From assembly GCA_951406725.2 (NCBI GenBank), contig OX597841.1:13144001-13208000 (forward strand): DNA of 64,000 bases, given 5' to 3'. The notes beneath the pieces were generated by a model. The model ran no database searches, had not been told where the DNA came from, and saw only the letters and a list, made by a program, of their open reading frames with translations. The DNA comes from Octopus vulgaris. Lineage: Eukaryota. The first letter of the stretch is position 1. Every line of letters begins with the position of its first letter. The position numbers and the translations under genes are program-made. Shown here one piece after another: positions 53,918-64,000 of this stretch.

Positions 53918-54849
53918 ATACAAAATTCGTGTTGTTTATGAATATGAGTTCTGTTGTGGAACTAATGCTACCCTGGACAGCTCGAAACAACAATGAGGTA
54001 TTTGGTTATACTTTAACAAGAATAGCGTTGACAGTGACTTCGAAGTATTGACCTGCCGGTCTTTGTCAGATGGTCAGATGAAGGCATGAGACTAGCTGAG
54101 ACTTCGAAGACACTGTCAACCTTTTTGCTACGGAAAAATTTAACACACACACACACACACACATCTCCATCACAACATCACCACCATCACAAGTATCATT
54201 ATCATTATCGTAATCATCATCACCATCATCATCATCATCATCATTGTTGTCATCATCATAATCAGTGTAATCATCGTCATCGTCATCATCGCCGCTGCCG
54301 CCACTGCTGTCATTGTCGGCGGTGGCATCCTCATCATCATCATCATCATCATCACCATCCCCTATGAAGGATGTGTAGCATACGGGGAGGGGGACAAACA
54401 AGCAGATACCTCCCCGCTAACACAACACAACCGTCACTCCCAGCCCCCACCTGCTTTCCAGAGGCAGGATGGAATGGCATGTGAGGGTTGTCAGAGCGAA
54501 GCAGGAGAGAAAGGGATGGCAAGTACACAGATTTAAAACTCATCCCCTTAATATTATGATAACAATGCACCACCACCACCCACTCCCTGCCACCGACCCC
54601 ATCCCCCCAACCTGCACCCTAGCCAGGGTAAGGACCAGGAGCTCCCTTCCCATCGGTGCCCCCCAACACCACCACGGGGTACTGTTGATAAAATAAGTCT
54701 TTCTACTTTCTGTGTGGATATAATGAAACGTATAAAGACGGGGGGGGGGGGCTTCAATGGGGTTGATTGACCTGCTAAAAATAACAGCCAAATTGCATCA
54801 GCTCCAAATTGCCCTTTGTCAGCTTTTAAAGAAAAGAAAAAACTCACGG

Positions 54850-55922
54850 CACATTAGATAATGTAGTCCTAGATACATTGTGTGTGATTAAATGATGGGA
54901 CCCTTAATCATATATAGACTTGCTGGTTGAAGATAGACCAGGGATTAAACAACAAAGAAGGATGTATTAGACAATGTAGCCCTAGACATACTATGCCTGA
55001 ATTATAGCTGGGATGGCCACAGCTGGAACGCCTTTAATCATAGGTCTATCTGGATCAGGATTGACCTAGGGCTAAACAATACCAACAAGGAAAGACATTT
55101 GATAATGTAGTCCTAGATACACTTTGTCTGTGTTATATAGCTGGGATGGCCATGGCTGGAACGCCTTTAATCATAGGTCTATCTGGATCAGGACTGACCT
55201 AGGGCTAAACAATAGCAACAAGGAAAGACATTTGATAATGTAGTCCCAGATACACTATGTCTATGTTATAGATGGGATGGCCATGGCTGGAACGCTTTTC
55301 ATCATAGGTCTATCTGGATCAGGACTGACCTAGGGCTAAACAATAGTAACAAGGAGAGACATTTGATAATGTAGTCCTAGATACACTATGTCTATGTTAT
55401 AGATGGGATGGCCATGGCTGGAACGCCTTTCATCATAGGTCTATCTGGATCAGGATTGACCAAGGGCTAAACAATAGCAACAAGGAAATACATTTAATAA
55501 TGTAGTCCTAGATACACTATGTCTGTGTTATATAGCTGGGATGGCCATGGCTGGAACACCTTTCATCATAGGTCTATCTGGATCAGAACTGACTTAGGAC
55601 TAAACAATAGCACAAGGAGAGACATTTGATAATGTTGTCCTAGATACACTATGCCTGTGTTATAGATGGAATTGTCACAGCTAGAATGCCTTTAATCATT
55701 GGTCTATCTGGATCAGGACTGACCTAGGGCTAAACAATAGCAACAACGAGAGACATTTGATACTGTAGTCCTTGATACACTATTATAGATGGGATGGCCA
55801 TTGCTAGAACACATTTTATAGATGGAACTACTGGATCAGAGTGGCCTTGGGTTAAACAACAACAACACCACCAACAGCAACAAAAGATACATTAGATAAT
55901 GTAGCCCTAGATACACAATGCT
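54850..55922 (+). repeat. Tandem array of about 8 units of ~131 bp
   Basis: gctaaacaat-type anchor at 55071, 55204, 55335, 55466, 55599, 55729, 55851; unit gataatgtagtcctagatacactatgtct...ggatcaggactgacctagggctaaacaa. Confidence 0.95.
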
Positions 55923-56394
55923 TGAATCCATATTTCCTTATCAATCCTTTGTGTTTAGTTCGAAGCACCAACATTAGTAAGTCCCTGAAGATTTCAAGAT
56001 CTCCTCAGCCTTATCTTCAGGATAAGATAAGGGAGATAATGAAGCTATCAGTGGTGCTTTTTGTATCAAGCAGCAACGGATCATGGCAATTACCAAGGGA
56101 AAGATGTTGCATAGGACGACATCATGTCTTACCAGATTTAAACTGTCTTTGCAGCTAATACCTTCTTATCTCTGAAGCAGGCATACGCCGGGGTGTGTGT
56201 GTGTGGAGGTATGTGTGGGAGGTGTATGTGTGTATATATACACATATATATATGGGTGGTGTACTACTACTACTACTATACAACTGCTGCTGCAGTTACT
56301 ACTACTACTGCTACCACTACTACTGCTACTACTATTACTATCATCACTACAACAACTACTATTACTGCTGCTGCTGTTGCTACTACTACTACTA

Positions 56395-56482
<88 letters not shown>

Positions 56483-57322
56483 AGCTGCTTCTGCTGCTGC
56501 TGCTACTGCTGACGCAGTGTTGAGTTTTGATTTGTAATTATTTTTGCTGTCAATAAAGTATCGTTAGCTAATTAGCTATATAAATATCACCATCATCATC
56601 ACCATCATTGTCCTCTTCATCATCATGGGCGGAGGAGGGGGGTTCAATCCCTCCATGTGGCACCTTGAGCAAGTGTCTTCTACTACAGCCTTGGGCCGAC
56701 CAAAACCTTATAAGTAGATTTGGTAGACAGAAACTGAAAGAAGCCCATATACATGTGTGTGTGTGTGTGTGTGTGTGCCTGAGTGTCTGTTTGTCCCTCC
56801 ACCATCGCTTGACAGCTGGTGTTGGTGTGTTTATATCCTCATAACTTAGCAATTTGAGACCGATAGAATATTATCAGACATTAAACAAAACAATAAGTCC
56901 TGGGGTCGATGTGTTCAACTAAAATTATTCAAGGTGGTGCCCCAGCATGGCCTCAGTCTAACGATTGAAGCAAAAGCAGAAATATAAATATATTTATATA
57001 ATGTATGCATACACACACACACACACACACACATATTTAAAGGTAAGATCCAAAGATCAAGATGTAGGAAGTTAGTAAGTTTCAATCAGTCCATAGAAGG
57101 TATAAAAACCAACTTTCAGGAACAAGAGTGGTTTATTAATGTAGAAGGTTGTAAATGCTTCCAAAAGTGGAGAATGGAGAAGATAAAAATCCCGGCTACA
57201 TATATTTCGTATGTATGTATGTGTGTATGTATGTACATACATATATTCCCTTTTTGTATCACCTAGTTGTCCGGATGTTTGCGTTCATGTCCCATATTGT
57301 ATTTTATATTATATATATATAC

Positions 57323-57353
<31 letters not shown>

Positions 57354-57359
57354 TTACCA

Positions 57360-58250
<891 letters not shown>

Positions 58251-58930
58251 CACATATATATATTATATCTTCTCTCTGTAGCTATGTTGTTGACTCTGTC
58301 AGGGTACCATTGTGAATAAAACTAACCATTGTTGCTGCCACCAACACTACAGCAGACAAATCTACAACTCCCCTCCTCCACCACCACCAACAACAACACT
58401 ATCACAGTATCAATAACTACTAGCATCATCATTATCACCAGTCTCTATTACCACCACTACCGCCACAACCAGTACCACAATCACCAGCATACTATCACCA
58501 GCCTCCACCACCACAACTACCACCCACCACTACCACTACTACCACCACTGCCACACCAACACCACCACTGCCGCTGCCACCCCAACCATCACCACCAACA
58601 CAACCACTACCACCACCACCACCACCACTGCCACCATCAGTTCAGTGGTAACAATAACAGCCTTTCTTATATAAATAGAACGTTCACTGCTGTTTGGTTT
58701 TTGGAGGTTGTGTGACTGGAGGGAGGCGGAGGTTGCTGATGTCAGCGTTGCCGTTGGTCCTGCTCTTTATCTTACACTGGCTCTTTCTTCCTGCCACAAC
58801 CTAGATACTTCGATGGTTTTTCTCAAAGATTCATTGAAGCAGTGTGCATAGACATGTGCACATGCATACAGACAGATGTGACCATATATGTGTGTGTGCA
58901 TGTGTATGTGTGTATATGCATGTGTGCAGG

Positions 58931-58963
<33 letters not shown>

Positions 58964-59052
58964 GTATATATATGTGTGTGTGTGTGTGTATATGCATATG
59001 TATGTGTGTGCGTGTGTGTGTATATATATATATATATATACAGACATACATA

Positions 59053-59542
59053 TATGTGTCTGATCAATAAGTATCCGGACTGTAGCCATAGTAACGAAGC
59101 TAAAGCACACAGAGTGGAAGCTGCTTGGCACAGATTGACCTTCATCTCTGCTGTATATGCACACTAAGTTTTAACGTTCTACCTCACTTCTGCTGTTTAC
59201 AGCAGTGCTTGGAAGGAAGGTGTGTAGCGTGTGATTGTCGCATTGACCATGACATAGAAAGTTGAGGAGTGAATCTGCATCAAATTTTGCCAAAAACTTG
59301 GTGATACCTGCTCAGAGGCCTACACAAAGTTTTCAAAATGCTTTCATCCTTCTCAACACAATCAAGAAGATCTTGTGCAACTGAAACCGGAGTGTCTCTT
59401 TGGTCAGCTGAAAACAGTTTTGGCACAAACTTGGCAGACACACGTCTCATATCCAAATCTTCTGTGATAATGGACTGAACTGAACTGTAACTAATCTGGA
59501 CATCCTCTCATAACTCACAAGTGGTGATTCGATGATTTCCCC
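59053..59542. mobile_element. Mariner relic: TIR and transposase N-terminus on +, followed by an inverted internal transposase segment on -
   Basis: TIR-like gtctgatcaataagtatccggact. Plus strand reads ICIKFCQKLGDTCSEAY; minus strand reads QISYSSVQSIITEDLDMRRVSAKFVPKL (WVPHEL-type motif). Confidence 0.85.
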
Positions 59543-59813
59543 TTACAGCTGTATGCACCTCTTGACAGCTGGTGTAGGTTTGTTTATATCCTCACAACTT
59601 AGCAGTTCCCCAAAAGAGACTGATAGAATAAGTACCAGGCTTTTAAAAAAACAATAAGGCATAGAAGTGGCTGTGTGATAAGTAGCTTGCTTACAAACCA
59701 CATGTGGTAAGAAGCTTGCTTCACGAGCCACATGATTGCGGGTTCACTCCCACTGCATGGCACTTTGGGCAAGTGTCTTCTACTATAGCCTCAGGCCGAC
59801 CAAAGCCTATATA

Positions 59814-59977
59814 TAGGCGCAGGAGTGGCTGTGTGGTAAGTAGCTTGTTTACCAACCACATGGTTCCGGGTTCAGTCCCACTGCATGGCACTTTGGGCAA
59901 GTGTCTTCTTCTATAGCCTCAGGTCGACCAAAGCCTTGTGAGTGGATTTGGTAGACGGAAACTGAAAGATGACCATC

Positions 59978-60051
<74 letters not shown>

Positions 60052-60286
60052 ATTGTATGTATGTATGTATGTATGTGTGTGTGTGTGTGTGTGTATGTTT
60101 GTCCCCCCAACATCGCTTGACAACCAATGCTGGTGTGTTTACGTTCCCGTAACTTAGCAGTCCAGCAAAAAGGGGCTGATAGAATAAATACTAGGCTTAC
60201 AAAGAATAAGTCCTGGGGTCGATTTGCTTGACCACAGCATGGCCACAGTCAAATAATTGAAACAAGTAAAAGAGAGTAAAAGAGTA
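59814..60286 (+). mobile_element. SINE family A
   Basis: Full head-to-tail homology, preceded by stacked partial heads. Confidence 0.88.
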
Positions 60287-60566
60287 AATATTGAGTTTGA
60301 TTTTTTCCACTAAAATTCCTCAAGGTGGTGCCCCAGCAGGGCAAAAGACACAAGAAACTGCATAGCAAGCAAGACCATTCCTCTGATGGAACCAGAACCT
60401 TGTTCTCTTTACGCCTGACGAAGAATCTTGGTCTTGGCTAAGTTTACCTTGGAGTCTCTTCATCTTACATCTTGTTTCTAATGCCTGGAATTTCTTCTCT
60501 AATTCAAAGATAGATAAACATTCTATCACTAACATATGTTATGTAAGTTCATATCTGCGGAGTTTC

Positions 60567-60609
<43 letters not shown>

Positions 60610-60733
60610 TGTGTGGTAAACACTTTCTGAATGTGTTTATTAAATATACCGATTGATATCAGCATATATTTTAAGTACATACATCTATAAATATATGTGT
60701 GTGTATGTATATATATATATATACATATGTAAA

Positions 60734-60781
<48 letters not shown>

Positions 60782-60951
60782 TACATTCATAAATATGTGA
60801 ATGCACATATATATAAATATATATATATATATACACACACACATACTCACACGAATGTATACATATATATAAAGACGTGTGATTCATCTATTTTATATGA
60901 AACACATTAATTCAGTCACAAATTTTCACCTGCATGTGTGTGTGTGTATAT

Positions 60952-60987
<36 letters not shown>

Positions 60988-61126
60988 CAACTGAGAGATA
61001 AATCATCTGATATGGATAACAGATGTGTGAATGTATAGGGTAGGGTGGGAGGTGTGAAAAGTTGGTAGTGGGAGGAGGTAGGGAGAGATAGACAGATATA
61101 GACATAGGTTGGGAGATAGATAGAAT

Positions 61127-61368
<242 letters not shown>

Positions 61369-61907
61369 TATATGTGTATGTATATGTAAAATAAGAAAGA
61401 ATAATTATTTAAAAATAGTAGAAATTGAAAAGTAGAAGTTGAAAGACAGAAAAACAAGGGGAAAAGAGAGAGAGAGAGAGAGCGAGAGAGAGAGTGTGTG
61501 ATTGATGATAGAGGGTGTGAAAGACAGAGAGGGGCAAAGAAGAGGGGGACAAAGAAAGGGGGAGAGAGAAGGAGGTAGATGTCGAAAGTGTGTGGATGAG
61601 GCTAATTGTGTTCTGTGTTCTGTGTGTGTGTGTGTGTGTCTGACAGCTTTTATAAAGTCATTAATCTATGAAAAGATGTCTGTGTGTCATAAGTATGTTT
61701 TCTGTTAAGATACATTTTCATTGCTTACGTACTGCGGCTAACTCTTGCTCTCTCTCTCTCTCTCTCACCACACACACACACACACACGGGGGGGGGGGGG
61801 CTAATATACAGCCACATATTAACTTGTATTAATTTATATATACAATTTTCTGAGTATAAATATCTTCTAAAATTTATAATCCCACACATATGCTATATTT
61901 GCATACA

Positions 61908-62325
61908 TAGGCGCAGGAGTGGCTGTGTGGTAAGTAGCTTGCCTACGAACCACATGGTTCCGGGTTCAGTCCCACTGCATGGCACCTTGGGCAAGTGTCT
62001 TCTACTATAGCGTCGGGCCGACCAAAGCCTTGTGAGTGGATTTGGTAGACGGAAACAGAAAGAAGCCTGTCGTATATATGTATATATATGTATGTATGTG
62101 TATATGTTTGTGTGTGTGTGTTTGTCCCCCTAGCATTGCTTGACAACCGATGCTGGTGTGTTTACGTCCCCGTCACTAAGCGGTTCGGCAAAAGAGACCG
62201 ATAGAATAAGTACTGGGCTTACAAAGAATAAGTCCCGGGGTCGATTTGCTCGACTAAAGGTGGTGCTCCAGCATGGCCGCAGTCAAATGACTGAAACAAG
62301 TAAAAGAGTAAAGAGTAAAGAGAGT
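61908..62325 (+). mobile_element. SINE family A
   Basis: Full head-to-tail homology. Confidence 0.9.
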
Positions 62326-63267
62326 ATAAACACACACACGCACGCACAAATCATCATCATCATCATGGTCTTCATCATTTAATGACTGTTGTCCATGCTG
62401 GCATGGGTTGGATGGTTTCACCAGGGCTAGCACACTGGAAGGCTGCACCAGACTCTGGTCTGATTTGGCATGGTTTTCTATGGCTGAATGCCCTTCCTGA
62501 TGCCAACCGCTCTGAAAGTGTAATGGGTGCTTTTACGTGCCACCGGCAACAGTATCTGCCATGACCATGGTTTTGCTCAGCTTGACGGGTTTTCTTCTCA
62601 AGGTCACAGTCATTGCCTCTGTGAGGCCCATCACTCGAAAGGAACTTTTCACATGCCACTTTGCCTTCATGAGGCCCAATGCTCAAAAGGTGCTTTTTAC
62701 ATGCCTACTGGGGTCAATTCATTCAGCTAAAGATTCAAGACAGTGCCCCAGTATGGCCACAGTCAAATGACTGAAACAAATAAAAAATTATGTGTGTGTG
62801 TGTCTGTAAATGTGTACTATAAAATATGGATTCATAGAATCATGAGGTTGTCACAGAAAGCTCTTCTGATGAACTCGGCTATCAGGCCACACAGTGGTTC
62901 AATTCAGAGAAGTGTAATGCAGAGTGTCGATACAGCTGAAATGCAAAAGATCCAGTCAATGAAATTCCTTTGTGAAGAGTAAATAAACCATAAAAAGTAA
63001 GGAGGTGTGAGATGTGAATATATTTATTTAAGGATGTCAAGTGTTTAAATAATGATATTCATGTCTCTCTTACCTCTTGACTTTATGTGATTGATGTCTG
63101 ACACTCTGCCAGTTATGACTATCGGTGTCACCGCTGATCAGCTCAACGAAACAGCATGCTTGTGAAATTAAAGTGCAAGTTATCACCACGCAGCTGGGAA
63201 TTGAACTCATGACCGTCCAAGCCAAGTATCTTAACCACTTGGCCACACGCCTTCACTATATACACAT

Positions 63268-63422
63268 ATGCAGGCAAGGTGGTGTGTAAAAAGCTTGCTT
63301 CCCAACCACATGGTCCCAGGTTCAGTCCCACTGCATGGCACCTTGGGCAAATGTTTTCTACTATAGCCTCAGGCCAGTCAAAGCCTTGTGAGTAGATTTG
63401 GTAGATGGAAACTGAAAGAAGC

Positions 63423-63480
<58 letters not shown>

Positions 63481-63724
63481 TGTATGGATGGATGTATGTA
63501 TGTATTTGTGTGTCTGTGTTTGTTCCCACCAGCATCACCTGACAACTGATGCTAGTGTGTTTACGTCTCTGTAACTTAGCAGTTCGTCAAAAGCGATCAA
63601 TAGACTAAGTACTAGGCTTACAAAGAATAAGTCCTGCGGTCGATTTGTTTGACCAAAAGGTGGTGCTCCAGCGTGGCCGTAGTCAAATGACTGAAACAAG
63701 TAAAAAATAAATGAATAAAAGAAT
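63268..63724 (+). mobile_element. SINE family A
   Basis: Full head-to-tail homology. Confidence 0.88.
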
Positions 63725-64000
63725 ATATAAACACATGCACACACACACACACACATACATACATACACATATATATATAACCAGACTGGAGCCTGGTGCA
63801 GCCTTCATGGCTTACCAGACCCCAGTCAAACCGTCCAACCCATGCTAGCATGGAAAACGGACGTTAAATGATGATGATGATGATGATGTATGTATGTATT
63901 TACATATAGAGAGTAAGTGATGTCTGTATATACCTCAATTACACACACACACACATACTCACATAATTATCATCAGGAATTAGAAACCACCCACAAATTG

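Noticed and set aside
54850-55922. Regular array superficially like CRISPR
   Set aside because: Whole ~131-bp units repeat with no unique spacers; eukaryotic context with no cas genes.
55922-56158. 78-aa + strand ORF after the tandem array
   Set aside because: No recognisable domain or codon bias, and no donor or partner exon.
58684-58800. Possible minus-strand terminal exon (VVAGRKSQCKIKSRTNGNADISNLRLPPVTQPPKTKQQ*)
   Set aside because: No polypyrimidine tract, short, no recognised homology.
60320-60535. Minus-strand 71-aa ORF (FELEKKFQALETRCKMKRLQG)
   Set aside because: No convincing splice sites or family match, and it runs into a SINE tail.

Overview
Eukaryotic, repeat-dense, AT-rich DNA. 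The SINE families and the TA/CA/GATA/CAT microsatellite load look like a coleoid cephalopod (Octopus-like); this is pattern recognition, not a database result. Nearly all ORFs in the supplied track are microsatellite or SINE artefacts. The only host gene I can identify is two in-frame minus-strand exons (41807-41902 and 32244-32398) encoding the N-terminal EF-hand-like region of a WDR49/CFAP337-type protein; its other exons were not found. Also present: a CpG-decayed tRNA-Leu(AAG), about 25 full or partial copies of one ~400-bp tRNA-derived SINE, other SINE families, fragments of CR1/L2-like, RTE, R4/Dong-like and Penelope-like retroelements, two mariner relics, and ~131-bp tandem arrays derived from a retroposon 3' end. 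The most notable unexplained structure: minimal type-I hammerhead ribozyme motifs (best at 52023-52136, minus), inverted repeats around the WDR49-like exon that should form intronic dsRNA, an orphan Cys-rich ORF at 17227-17645, and R4/Dong-like ends associated with (TACA)n. I found no convincing wholly new system. Repeat boundaries are approximate.
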